Positions 13,941-26,580 of a DNA stretch of 64,000 nucleotides are shown piece after piece (within the stretch, counting starts at the first letter, position 1; the number at the start of each line of letters is the position of its first letter). This DNA is from Camelus ferus (taxonomy: Eukaryota). The notes beneath the pieces were generated by a model. It was not told the origin of the DNA, made no database searches, and was given only the letters and a program-made list of their open reading frames with translations. The position numbers were made by a program, and so were the translations under genes. The stretch is taken from assembly GCF_009834535.1 (NCBI RefSeq), contig NC_045697.1:108626001-108690000 (forward strand). The letters run 5' to 3'.

Positions 13941-15369
13941 CTAAAATAAGCAAACTTTAAATACATACATATATCAACATGGAAAAATCATGAAATGAAC
14001 ACTAAGTGAAAAAAAAGCAAGCTATAAACATTTGCAAACAATATGATACTATTTATTTACAGTTTCCAAACCAAATCAATCCTATTTATCCTTCTATATA
14101 AATGTGTGCATAAAAGTATAAAAAACTTAAAAGATACCTTCAGATTAGTAATTACCTCTTGGCAGCAAAAGAATGAGATCAGTAATTTTCAGTTATATTT
14201 TTAATTTATTTTAAAAGTTCTGAAACAGTTACAGCAAAATGTTAGTATTTGTCAATCTGGTTAGTATGAATGCATGAGTATTTTATATTCATCCTTGTAT
14301 TCTTTATATTTTTAAATAGTCCATCATTCAGAAATTTATAATTTTAAATTGCTGCTATACAAAATCTGAATTCTGTTATATACCTATTCAATACTTAGTT
14401 CCATAATTCCTGCTTATACACCTATGCAATACTTAAGTTCCATAATTCCAGGTGACTTCTCCTACTTTAATCTCTGATGTAAATTAACAGAAGCAAATGG
14501 ACACTTTCAAAATGATTCTAAAAAGCAAAATGCAATTCATTTACCTAAACAAAAAATAACTTGGAAGGTTTGCCACCGTCTCTAAAGTCTAATACTACGT
14601 ATATCTCATATTGCTCTTAATATGCATCACCATTTGGAGAATTGAAAGTTTATCCATTCTAATAATTCATAGATTTTTTTCAATCATTTTGACCTAATTC
14701 TACATAACCATCCTATTGTTAAAGTTATTATTTTAAGTACTAATTAATAAGTCTATAAAAATCTACTACTGTTGTAAAATTGGTACATAAAAAGATTTTG
14801 AAAACTCAAATTTTAAGTGATTTGATAAGTTACTGCTTCATTACATTTCTTATAAGGCTTTAATCTATTTGTAAAAACTTTCTATTTTCTGCTTAAGAGA
14901 AGGTCAACGGCTTTCACTTCACTACTCTAACATAATCATGAATTGAAATAAGAACTCTTAGCTCTTTGGACCGACAAAGCTACCAGTATGCCTAAGCCAA
15001 TAAAGCAATTCGTTCATTAATGCTGCTAATAAAGCAACCTTTTGTTAGTCTATGAAACATCAGAAACCTCAGAGACTCTAACTTTGCAATTTTTCTCTGT
15101 TTTTGCCATATGAACTTAAAGTTCTCTTACATGCCATTTACTTTAACAACTAAAACAAAATCATTCTAGAAATTTGACCTTTCACTCGAGGTAATTTAGT
15201 AACATACTAGTTTCAACTTCAGAAAACTGTTCCTGCATGAAACTACTTATATTTTATTTAATTACTCTCTTCTGTTTTCTCATAGAGCCAATTTGTGTTG
15301 AAATCTGTGACATCTTATAATAAACAACTAAAGGAACAACCCCTCTAATATTCTCAAAATGAAGAACAA

Positions 15370-15885
15370 AAATGTTCATTTACTCAATCAGCATTAATTG
15401 ATCAACTACAATAAAGTAAGGCATGGAAGATACTGCAAAGATTAAAACACAACCTCTGCCCTTGAGTAACTCAATTTAAGGAATGTAACAGGTATCTAAA
15501 AAAATTACTATAAGGCAGCTTATAACAGTGTCAACTACTAAATATAATAGTTAGTATGAAGGATGTAATTAATTGAGCTTAAACAAAATAAAAAGCCTTC
15601 AATGAGGAGACTCTAAATAAAGGAAAGTGATCTTAGGCTTAGTGAATAACTCATATACAAAAACAGACACAGAAAACACTACAGTAAATTCAGAAATTTT
15701 TAACTAATTTCCTAAGGCTAGAATGGATCATGTATGTAGGGAATTAATAAGAAATGCCTGTCAGTTCTTGAAGGGCCATGTTTGTGTTGTTCTAGACTTT
15801 GGACTTTATATGATGAGTAGTCATTAAAAGATTGTAAGGAAAGGTATATGGTGCTCAGGTCTGATTTTTTAGAAAGGTTACTCCT
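15370..15885 (-). mobile_element. L2 fragment
   Basis: ttcatttactcaatcagcattaattgatcaactac (reverse L2 3' end), cctctgcccttgagtaactc, tttttagaaaggttactcctg. Confidence 0.55.
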
Positions 15886-16576
15886 GAGATGCCTGAATGC
15901 CCAAAGCTTCTACTTTCAATAACTTCAGACCACATAATGCTTTTGGGTATTTGGGTTATATATCCCAGGAGTACATGAATGCCAGATTTTCAAGTGTGAT
16001 TCATGTTCAGCATAATTATATAACTACTATGTTCTGCTAATTTAACTTGAGCACTCTCTAAAACTAATTGCCAATCAAAGAGAAGTATCAATAAATAAAA
16101 TATTGGTTCCAATAATAGTCAGGCATTTTCAACTCCTTCAAAGTATTAGAAAGACATCAGTTTTCACGTACTGTAAAGTCATATTGCTGGTAAATTTTAA
16201 CAGTTTCACTTAACATCAACAGACTGTGTTTAGAATTTGTAAAATAAGTCCTAAAATTCAGCCCACTGTAATCCTTAGTGTCAACATCCATGGTACTGTC
16301 TGCCTGGCACCCTTGCCTTCTTCCAAACACTCTCTCTTATTCTAACTACCCTCCTTTCACAGACATCCCAACAGCTACCTTGGGAGCTCAACATTCTTAC
16401 ATGACCCTGGACTACAGTGAATTAGTCCAACTTGACCAAGTCATACCAGTGAGTCTATTAATGCTTTAATCTGGGGCTCAGAAATTAGTCACAACCTCTC
16501 CAGAGGCCAACAGTCTAAGAAAAAATTCTAAGATAAGGATTCCCATCACGTGGAAAAGCCAGTCTACACTGAAAAA

Positions 16577-16948
16577 CATGAAGGAAAAAAGTTTATTATA
16601 CAATTCTATTTATATCATGTGTATCTGAAATTTTCCACATACAAAGGTTTTAGTCTGAAAGCTACGAAGACACGTAACAGTACATATGTTCTCACCATCA
16701 GCTTAATAAATAAAACTCTACCAACATAATTCTCTTCCCTGTGAACCACACCCTGATTCTACATCCTATCCCCCAAAAAACACTATCTTGAATCCCTCTT
16801 CACTGTTAAACATTCTCCAAATATCAATCTAAATGCCGCTTCCTTGGGGAAAGGTCTTTCCCAGCTCAAAACACTCATTAGGTTAAGCACCCATGTTATG
16901 TGATTTCATGGCTTTTATCACAGTTGTGATTTATTTGAGTACTTCGTA
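16577..16948 (-). repeat. Left arm of a local inverted duplication (partner 18882-19257)
   Basis: Its reverse complement shares exact blocks with the right arm: gtgataaaagccatgaaa, ggaaagacctttccccaaggaagc, agtgaagagggattcaagatagt, tcacagggaagagaatta. Confidence 0.9.
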
Positions 16949-16989
16949 ACAACTACTCTAGTAGACCTACTGCTTCCATGAATTCAAGA

Positions 16990-18350
16990 AATTCTATTCA
17001 ATTCTTAGCTGACTACTAAACTAACTCAGCAGAGACTTCAGTGGCTTGACAACAAAGAACTCAGGCTTTACAAAATTAGTTGAGAAAGATCACTTTAAAA
17101 CAAACAATAGCAAAAACAAATCTTGAGAGGGGGAAGAAACTGATTTCCAGAGTTGCCACAATTTAAAATGGCCAGTTTCCAACAAAAAATTACAAGACAT
17201 GCAAAGAAATTTGAAAGTATGGCTCTTTGACACAGAGAAAAAAGCAGTCAATAGAAACTCCCTATGGAAGTCCAGACACTGGACTTACTAAACAACGACT
17301 TTCAACCAGCTATTTTAAATATGTCCAAAGAACTAAAGGAAAACATGCCAAAATAACAGTATCTGAGCAAATAGAGAACATCAATAAAGAGAAATAAATT
17401 TTTAAAAAGAACCAAACAGAAATTCTGGAATTAAAAAGTACAACAGCTGAAATGAAAAACTCACTAGAAGAATTCAACAGCAGAACTAAGCAGGCAGAAG
17501 AAATAATCAGCAAATCTGAAGACAAGGCAATTGAGATTAACCCATCTAAGGATAGAAAGAAGAATGAAGAAACATAAACAGAGTCTCAGAGAGTCTCTGG
17601 GACACCATCAAGCTTATCTACATACACAAAACGAAAACTCCAGAAGATTACAAGACATTATAATCAAAAACTTCCAAATTTTGATTAAAAACACTAATCT
17701 ACACAAAAGCTCAATGAATTTCAACTAGAATAAACTCAGAGAACTACACCTCACTACATGATAATCAAACTGTCAAAAGCCAGAGAGAGAATCTTGAAAG
17801 CAGCAAGAAGTAACACATCATGTGTAAGAGATTTTGAATAGAGTCAACAGAAAATTTCTCATCAGAAACCAAGGAGGCCAGCATGCCAGAAAAAAAAAAA
17901 ACACTGTCAACCAAGAATATCCAGCAAAACAAAAAAAGATACTAAGAAATTCCTAGATAAACAAAAACTGCGGGAATTCATCTCTAGCAGACTTGCTCTG
18001 TAAGAAATACCAAAGGGAGTCCTTCAGGTTGAAATAAAAAGTAATGGTTCTCCTCATTTCTTCATGTGAATTCAAGTTGCTGTCTAAGTGTCTTTTCTTG
18101 TCGACCTTAAGTTATCTAACAGTTATCTACAGAACACTCCACCCAACAGCAGCAGAATATACATTCTTCTCAAGGGTACATTCTACAGGAAGACCGTATG
18201 TTAGGCCAAAAAACAAGTCCCAAAAAATTCAAAGAGAATGAAATCATACAAAGTATCTTCTCCAATTACAAGAGAATAAAAATAAAAATTAACAGCTACA
18301 ATATATGCTAGGATATGGATGAACCTTGAAACCATTATGCCAAATGAAAT
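16990..18350 (+). mobile_element. Old L1 5' part: ORF1 remnant plus an ORF2 endonuclease fragment, internally deleted
   Basis: Plus strand translates to KKNQTEILELKSTTAEMKNSLEEFNSR (ORF1 coiled coil) near 17405-17485. ORF 18044-18241 contains IYRTLHPTAAEYTFFS (L1 endonuclease). Confidence 0.85.
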
Positions 18351-18881
18351 ATACAGTATCAGTATAAAAAACAAGAAAACAACAAGCCCTTAAAGATCAT
18401 TATCCCTGATAAATTCCAAAACTAATAAGCAAAAGAGGACACACATTAGATAAGAGAAAAAGGAAAGATATTTAGAAATAATCTTTGTAAACCGCAAAGG
18501 GGTCTTCCACTCACATGGCTTTCAAGTAAGAAAAAAGTAACGTAATAAAGCTCAGGAACGTTTGGGAACCGAATGGCAGACCTCTCGGACATGGTGTCAC
18601 ATTTAAGGACACATTATTATTACTTCTTTTTTATCAGATGCCAATAAAATCAGAAAGAATTACTACCTATCAATCATTCTCTCACATTCATAACTTTTTA
18701 AAACATACTGACCTGACAATCAAAGTATGTAATAGCAAACAGCCCCCCAATTTTTAAGAGATCTTCATTACAAAAAGAAAAAGTATGCCAACACAATTAT
18801 TTAATTTACTATGTTAGGCACTAACACACCAAACACAGATACACACTGCCCTCTGAAAACTTCATCTACTGGAGAGATTAA

Positions 18882-19257
18882 TATGAAGTACTCAAACAAA
18901 AGACAATTGTGATAAAAGCCATGAAAGCATACAACAGGGGCACTTAACCTAGTGAGTGCTCTGAATCAGGAAAGACCTTTCCCCAAGGAAGCAACGTTTA
19001 GACTGATAAATTTGGAGAATGTTTAAAAGTGAAGAGGGATTCAAGATAGTCATTGGTGGGGGATGGGGCATGGAATCGGGGTGACTCACAGGGAAGAGAA
19101 TTACAGTGGTAAGGTTTTTATATATTAAGCTGGTGGTGAGAACATGTGTTATTTGTGTCCTCATAACTTCCAGATTAAAAAAAAAAAACTTTTATATGGA
19201 AAATTTCAAACATATAAAAAATAAACAGAATAGCATAATAAATTCCTATGTCCTCAT
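18882..19257 (+). repeat. Right arm of the inverted duplication; composite of an L2 piece and old L1 3' pieces
   Basis: Matches the reverse complement of 16577-16948. It continues into L2-like sequence to the left (18800-18880) and old L1-like sequence to the right. Confidence 0.85.
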
Positions 19258-19344
19258 TATCCAACTCCAGCAGCCATCAACATTCTGCCATTCTTGTTTC
19301 ATCTATACCCTTCATACCCTGCCACCAGCTCGATTGCTGTTTTT

Positions 19345-20070
19345 ATATTTTTAGGTAAAATTTACATACATTGACATATACACTTCTTAACTATGCAACT
19401 CTTGACAAGCAGATAAACTTGTGTAACTCACAACTCTATTAGACACAACATTTTCATCACTTCAGAAAAACACCCGCATATCCCTTCCCAGTTAAGCACC
19501 AGCATTCCACACAATCAAAAGAACTGAACCACTGTTCAATATTATTTTATTTTTTACCAAAGATTAGCTTTGCCTGTTCTAGAACCTAATAGAAACAGAA
19601 TGCCCTACTGTGGCCAGCATCTTTCTCTGAGTGTGTTTGTGAAGTTCATCCATGTCATTTGCATGCATGGTCCTTTCTTTTTATTACTGGTAGTATTCCA
19701 ATGCATGAATATACCAAAACTTTTTATCCCATTGATTGACATTTGGGTTGTTTCCAATTGTTAGCTATAATGAATAAATCTACTATAAACATTCTTGAAA
19801 AGGCTTTTTGTGGACATATGTTTTCGTTTCTCTTGGGAAAGCACCCAGGAGCATAACTGCTAGATTCAAAAGTCGCTGCATGCTTAAATTGATAAGAAAT
19901 GCCAAATGGTTTTCCAAAGTTGTTCTCCCATTTTATATTCACACTAGCAACTTTTGGGAGTTCTGGGAGTGTTACTAGAAAATTTGTTGTTGCAGTCGTT
20001 TTAATTTTAGCCCTTCTAGTTGGTTTTAGTGGCCATCTCGTGGTTTCTATTTGCATTTCCTTAATGACTA
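19345..20070 (-). mobile_element. L1 (L1MB/MC-like) 3' fragment
   Basis: Minus ORF 19724-20056 resembles the ORF2 C-terminus (MQIETT...RMFIVDLFIIANNWKQPKC). Reverse 3' UTR motifs at 19345-19700. Confidence 0.85.
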
Positions 20071-20571
20071 ATGTTCATAACTTTGACATACATTAAAAAT
20101 GGGTAATTTCTTCCATGAAAAGTGAGGAGTATATTAACACAGAAAATAACAAGAGCAAAGAAAAGATATCACATTTGGATCAAGAGGCTGACATGGCTAC
20201 AGCAAGCAAGGAGTAGTAGACTAGGTTAAAACACATGGATGGAGATTATCATGAGTTCAGATTTAGACTCTTGTCTGAGGTGCCTCTGGGATAGCTAAGT
20301 AGAGTTATAAAGTAAGTCTGGAACCTAGATAAGGAAGGCCTAGAGCAACAGACATGTAATTCTCTTCATTAGTGAAAAGCAAAGTGGTGAGACTACCTAG
20401 GGAGAAGGAACAAGGAAGCAAGAGAAAGAAGCCTAGGACCAATACACAAGAAATTACAATTTTTGTGAACCAAGCAGAAGAGAAGCTTATTAAAAAAAAA
20501 AAAAAGCTAAAGAGTAACAGACCCAAAAGATTTGAAGGAGTTGTCAATAATGCCAAAAGCTGCTAGGAGGT

Positions 20572-20958
20572 TGTTTTACACTGAATTGTGTTCCCCTAAA
20601 ATCCGTATGTTGAAGCTCTAACCTGCAGCACCTCAGAACATGACTGTATTTGGGAACGGGGCCTTTAAAGAGGTGATTTTTTTTTTAAATCACCTACACC
20701 CTAATCCAAACTGACTTGTGTCCTTATGAGAGGAAATGCAGAGACACCAAGGATGTGCATCCACAGAGGAAAGACCATGTGAAAAAGACATAGCAAGAAG
20801 GTGGCCATTTGCAAGCCAAGGAGAAACGCCTCAGAAGAAACCAAACCTGTAGACACTTCGACTTTGGACTTCTGGCCTCCAGAACTGGGAGAAGAGACAT
20901 TTTTTGTTGCCACCTAGTCTGTGGTATTTCATCATGGCAGCCCTAGCAAACTAACACA
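20572..20958 (+). mobile_element. Solo MaLR LTR (MLT1B-like) with a perfect 5-bp TSD
   Basis: Starts TG and ends CA (tgttttacactgaattgtgttcccc...gcagccctagcaaactaacaca). GAGGT at 20567-20571 and 20959-20963. Confidence 0.92.
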
Positions 20959-21169
20959 GAGGTCAAAAGAGAGTAAGTCTAAAAATATCCACTTAATTTA
21001 TTTAACACAGAGGTTACTAGTATCATTAGCAAATACTATTTGGTGGCGTGAATAAACTGAAGAGGTGAGTCAAAGGCGAGAAATGGAAACAAACGTACGT
21101 AATGATTTCAAGCATCTGGCTAGGAAAGAGAAAAAAAATCAGTAATCTGGTACTCAGGAAGATACATAG

Positions 21170-21267
21170 TTTTGTTTAGTTTTGCTTTGTTTTTAAAGGG
21201 AGGTACTGGGGATTGAACCTAGGATCTCATGCATGCTAAGCATGCACTCTACCACTGAGCTATTCCA
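21170..21267 (-). mobile_element. tRNA-derived SINE (camelid Vic-1-like)
   Basis: Reverse complement atagctcagtggtagagtgcatgcttagcatgcatgagatcctaggttcaatccccagtacctcc, with Pol III A and B boxes and an A-rich tail. Confidence 0.85.
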
Positions 21268-21635
21268 CTGTTTTGTTTTTTAAATAGTAAGAATTGGTTG
21301 TGTTTAAACACTGATGAGAAGAATCCAGTGTAAAAAAAATGAAGCTGAATATACAAAAGGAGGAGATAATAGTGCTAAGTACTCCATAGGGAGGGTAGGA
21401 AACAGAGAAAGCCTTAGACAAAAAGCAGTACTGCCTCTATATTACATTAAGGAGGAAGAAAAAGTAGTAAAGATAGTGGGCAACTAAGGGCTGCCATGTG
21501 GTACTCCTATTTCGCTGTAAAGTAACAGGAAATGCCTTCTGTAGAAAGAGAAGGGCCATGTTGGAGGAGGTGTGAGGAGACTGGAAGACAAACAGTTATG
21601 ATTACGAAACCAGTTGACAAGAGTAACATTAACAA

Positions 21636-21763
21636 GAGGGTCTAGCTCAGTGGTAGAGTGCATGCACATGAGGTCCTGGGTTCAATCCCCAGTATCTCCA
21701 TCAAAAATAAAAAATAAAAAAGGAAACCTAATTACCTCCCTCTGCAAAACAAAAACAAGCAAA
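21636..21763 (+). mobile_element. tRNA-derived SINE (camelid Vic-1-like)
   Basis: gagggtctagctcagtggtagagtgcatgc...ctgggttcaatccccagtatctcca, A-rich linker, acctaattacctccc, A-rich tail. Confidence 0.88.
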
Positions 21764-21811
21764 CCAGTAACTCAACAGCAGTAGGGTACACCTGTGGTTG
21801 ATGATCATAGA

Positions 21812-22123
21812 ATGTTTTTTGTTTTTTTAACTGAAGTATAGTTGACTTACAGTATTATATAAGTTACAGGTACACAACAGTGATTCACAAGTCTTAAAGG
21901 TTATACTCCATTTATAGTTATTATAAAATATTGGCCATATTCCGTGTTGTACAACATATCCTCATAGCCAATTTATTTTATACATAATAGTTTATACTTC
22001 TTAATCCCTTACCCCTATGTTGCCCCTTCCTCATTCCCTCTCCCCACTGGTAACCACTAGTCCATCCATGTTGCTGCAGATGGCAAGACTTCATTCCTTT
22101 TTATGGCTAAGTAATGTAACATT

Positions 22124-22179
<56 letters not shown>

Positions 22180-22527
22180 CATCTTCTTCATCCAGTCATC
22201 TGTTGTTGATGGACATTTAGGTTGCTTCCATATTTTGGCAATTGTAAATACTGCTGCTATGAACATTGGGGTACACATATCTTTTCAAATTCGTTTTCTT
22301 TTTTTTCAGATTCCAGGAGTGGAACTGCTGAGTCATATGGTAACTCTATTTTTAGTTTTTTGAGAAACCTCCGTACTGTTTTCCACAGTGGCTGTACCAG
22401 TTTACATTCCCACCAACAGTCTATGAAGGTTTTCTTTCTCCACATCCTCACCAACAATTGTTAGTTGTGGTCTTTTTGATGACAGCCATTCTGACACGTG
22501 TGAGGTGACATCTCACTGTGGTTTTAA
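21812..22527 (-). mobile_element. 5'-truncated L1 3' end containing a (CA)n microsatellite (~22125-22177)
   Basis: Minus ORF 22257-22457 is the L1 ORF2 C-terminus ([29 protein letters not shown]). A T-rich tail precedes tgaagtatagttgacttaca. Confidence 0.9.
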
Positions 22528-23199
22528 TGATGGTCATGAATTGATAATGAAAGAAATATGTCCTTTCAGGTGATTTTTGACTACAACATTCATATGGTTT
22601 ACAAATGGAGGAAGCAGATAATTCTGAATTGAGATTTTGCCAGACAGTTGGGACAAATATATGCAAGTAAAACAAATTTAGGTTATGGACAAGAAGTAGA
22701 CAAGACTCTCAGTTAATAAGAAATGTGAAAAATGGAGACATACAATGACTGGAAAAATGAGAAGCCAAAAGACTAGAAGTAGAAAAGAGTTGGCAGAATA
22801 GGTACAATGGCTAATCAACAGTTACACAGCTAATCAAGCAACCCTAAGAGATATAAAGTGCTTATTAGTGATTTACTAAATGGGACTCCCATGAGAGTGA
22901 GGAATAGGGTAGACTGGAGAAGAAAGTCACTGGGGTTTGGTGAGGTCAGGGAAATGAGACTCAGGATGTTGGTACATCATCCATGTGGATGCTGAAATTA
23001 CCCAGAATCACCGTATGACCTGGAAGGTACAAGGAGATAAGGAGCAATGTGCCACTGTCTTATAGGAATAAGAACCTACCAGGAAGGCAGTAGATGATAG
23101 CTAAAAGGCAGCTAAGAACAATAACTGACACTGTTCTAAATGCTTTTTATGTATTAACTTATTTTAATTCTTAAAATAATCTATAAGGTAAGAAAAGAT

Positions 23200-23246
23200 G
23201 CTACTTCTATTACTACTACTATTACTACTACTATTACTACTTCTAT

Positions 23247-23303
<57 letters not shown>
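23200..23303. repeat. (CTA)n/(TAC)n trinucleotide microsatellite inside a MIR-like element
   Basis: Long ctactacta run with tta/ctt interruptions. Flanks tgttctaaatgctttttatgtattaactt and cagataaagaaac are MIR-like. Confidence 0.95.
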
Positions 23304-23889
23304 AGATAAAGAAACAAACTCAAAGCAGTTTCAAGAGATTTAACAAAGGTTGCTCTCCTAAACCACAATGCTACAGGATACTGCAAGACATTAAAAACCA
23401 AAGTGAGAGGCGTACAGGGCACAAAGAATCTCCAGATAGAGTGAAATTTCAATTAAGGAAATTTATAAAACATAGGCTATACTTTTAAGTCCCCAAAATG
23501 TATCAGATTAAATAACCTGAAAAGCCTTCCCACAGAAACTTTATCCAGAAAGGATAAATCAAAATCATTCATTTAAATAAATCTTTTAGCTACCACGAAA
23601 GAAAAATCTTTTAAGTGCCAGTAACACAAGAAAAACTAATAATAAGTTGACAATGTATCTGCCCTAGGATGGGTTGCTTGTCTTAATCTATATATTTGGC
23701 CTTTAACTCTTATGTAGGGATTGTAGGTGAGAATTTTGGCCCTTGGTGAGAGACTTTGGAATTCAGATCCCTCTTCCTCTTCCATACACTAACACATATA
23801 TAGAGCCAAGACTCAGAGAGGACTATAATTTTAGTAAATGGGTCCTGGACAGCTCAATAAGACAAGAAAAACAAAGAGGCTTAAGCTTG

Positions 23890-25360
23890 GAGAGCAAGAA
23901 AAACATCATTATTCCTTGATTATCTGGTTAACTACATAGGGCACCCAAGAGAATCTATCATGAGAATTAGAGCTCAGCAAGGTTGCTGAACACAAAGTCA
24001 GTGTACCAATAGCAATTTGTTTCCCATACTAACTGGTTATTGGTGGTTGCTAGTTTGTAACCACCATTTACAAAATGTATTTTTGTAAAAATTTATAGTT
24101 CACAATAGTAACAAAAACCATAAGAACCTAAGAATAAATCTAATAGAAAATTTCTGTGAAAACACAACTGTACTGAAAAATATTGAAGAACATCTAAATA
24201 GAGATACATACCACAGTCATCCAATAAGACGACAGTTATCCTTATTGTACACCTGTAAATTCAATGAAATTCCAATCACAGTACCAAACAGGGTTTGGGA
24301 TTTGTTTTCTGTTGGATTTTCTTTGAGGTGAGGTGAAATCTGACAAACTGGCCTATAAAATTCATTGAGAGAGATTTACCTTACCAGACATCAAGACATA
24401 TCAAAACTGTTGTAATTAATACAGTGTGATGATGACATGAAAGTAGACAAAACAAATAAAACTACAATACAGAATAGACTCTAGAAAATAAACCCATGTA
24501 GTAAATGTACAACTTTTAAACAAAGTTAAACCTATAACTAGGAAGATATTTGCAATGCATGTTACCAAAAACATTAATATCCAGATTTTAAAAAGAATTT
24601 CCACTAATCAATAAAAGCCAATTCCTAAAAGAAATTTAAAAAACTGCAAAGGACACTGAGAAAAGATTCACAGAATAGGAGACAATCATGCAAAGATGTT
24701 CAACTTTACCAGAAATCAAAGTAACAGAAATGAAAACTATGAAATTCCACTTCTTATCTTTCAGAAAGGCAAAAATAAGAAGCTAAATTAAATAAAATGT
24801 CGATAAGATGTGGGAAAACATGCTGGCAGGTACAAAGCAGTACCTCATCTTTGGACTGGATTTGGCAATACTTGGTAAGATAAAGTAGTACCTACATCTT
24901 GTGATCCAGCAGTTCTACTCCTGGGTATCTATCCTAGATAAAGTTACACAGTGACCAGGTATCCATGTACAAGTCTATTCATTACAATATCATTTGCCAA
25001 AAAGTAGGACTTGGTTATCTTTCAGTATGAAACTGAGTTTTATTCAACAACAGTTAAAAAGAATGAATTAGACCTACACGTGTCAATACGAATGCACCTA
25101 GAAATCAATGTTATATAAAAATTGTTTAGATCATCTTTTATATAAATGTTTTATATGTACTATAGAACAGAGGAATGGTGCAGCAGACTTCAGAATAATG
25201 GGCCCCTCTGCAGGAGGAAGGAAAGGATGAGGAGGGGAGAATTTTAAAAGAGAAAACGCAAACAATGGAAAAAGTTAACATGCTTGACCTTGAGGCTGAG
25301 TGCACAGGTGTTTGCTGTATTACTTTCTGTAAGTTTTTCTATGTTTGAATTATTTCATAA
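23890..25360 (+). mobile_element. Ancient L1 (L1ME-like) ORF2 and 3' UTR fragments
   Basis: cagcaaggttgctgaacacaaagtca, ccttaccagacatcaagacatatc, tgatccagcagttctactcctgggtatctatcctaga, tttgaattatttcataat. Confidence 0.7.
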
Positions 25361-26139
25361 TTTAAACAAAATGTTAAGAGACTGAAAATAATAAGCGTGT
25401 TGATTATGAACAGCAATCCCAGAAAGTACAATGGAAGTAACTAGGAAACAGGAGAGAAATACACAAAAGGCTTTTGTCAAGGCAAAAAAATTATAAAACA
25501 TTTTGAAGATGGTAATTAAGAAGATATGGCCACCTACTGATGAAAACAGGGATGATAGGTAAGTCTCAGACCTCTTGAGTAAGACAGAAATTGGGCCTCA
25601 TGGCCAAACTACTTTGCCTCAGTAGGACCAAGATAAAATAAGTCTAACTAGTTTATTATCTCAGCTCACTCAGCCTGGCATCATTGTGATTCTCAGCCAC
25701 TCTAATCACTACACATTATGAAAGTGACGGTGTTAAACCCTGAATCTAATAGGTACAAGGCATTCTGCTAGATAATGCAAGAGACAGAAAGAGGTGTTTT
25801 ACCAGTTCTGAGGAAGCTTTTCATTTAGTGTAAGAGCTAAGATGCACATAGAAAGAAAAAGAAGAAAAAAAAACTAGCACTTAACACCTAAACAAGCGTT
25901 ACTGGAATTCAGAGGAAGAAAAGGATCCATCAGGCTGCTAGGATGTACAAGGAAGGTTTTACCACAGCACTGGAGCTCAAGCTGAGTAGTGAAAGACAGA
26001 AAGCAATTCAAAAGGTACAAAAATTGGCATTCTAGATAGAAAAAGATGGTAAATCTCTAGGGAGGGAAAAATAAGAGTGTAAGTGCATGGTAATTTTTGG
26101 ATCTTAATTAAAAAAATAAAATACTTTGATAATAAAGTG

Positions 26140-26580
26140 TTTACAATCAGTAGATCAGGGTTTTTACCTGCAAACAACAGAACTTATTTCCAGTGGTTTC
26201 ATCAGAAAAGGAATTTATTACAACATTACTACGTAATTCAAAGTATTCCCTGCAAAGAGCCAAAGAATCAGCTTGGAGGTACACAGCCAGGAGAAATACC
26301 TAAGTCTCTCCACCAAATGACTCCCACTCTTTGAGCCACTGGTGCATGACAGGGGGGCCTAGACCGCAGGGCTCACTGGAACATCTGCCATGCTACCTGT
26401 GATCGCACAACGTCTCAACACCCAACAGCTGCATTAAGAAGCAATGCAAGCAAGAGCCGTTACCTTGCAATTCTCTCTTCTGAATTCCTTACAGAGGCAT
26501 CTGATCAACAGAATCTAGGTCACATGTCCCTGTCCTAGATGCAAGGGACATTAGGAAATTGAGCTCTGCCTCCCACAGAA
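26140..26580 (-). mobile_element. Old MaLR LTR (MLT1L/N-like)
   Basis: tgcaaacaacagaac...cagaaaaggaatttatt and ctaggtcacatgtccctgtcctagatgcaaggga resemble recalled late-MLT1 motifs. Confidence 0.5.

Noticed and set aside
21636..21700. tRNA gene-like A and B boxes (also at 21200-21267 and 47684-47757)
   Set aside because: No proper cloverleaf; SINE-type tails and, for one copy, a TSD show these are SINEs.
23198..23488. 96-aa ORF with poly-leucine resembling a signal or transmembrane peptide
   Set aside because: It is the translation of a (CTA)n microsatellite.
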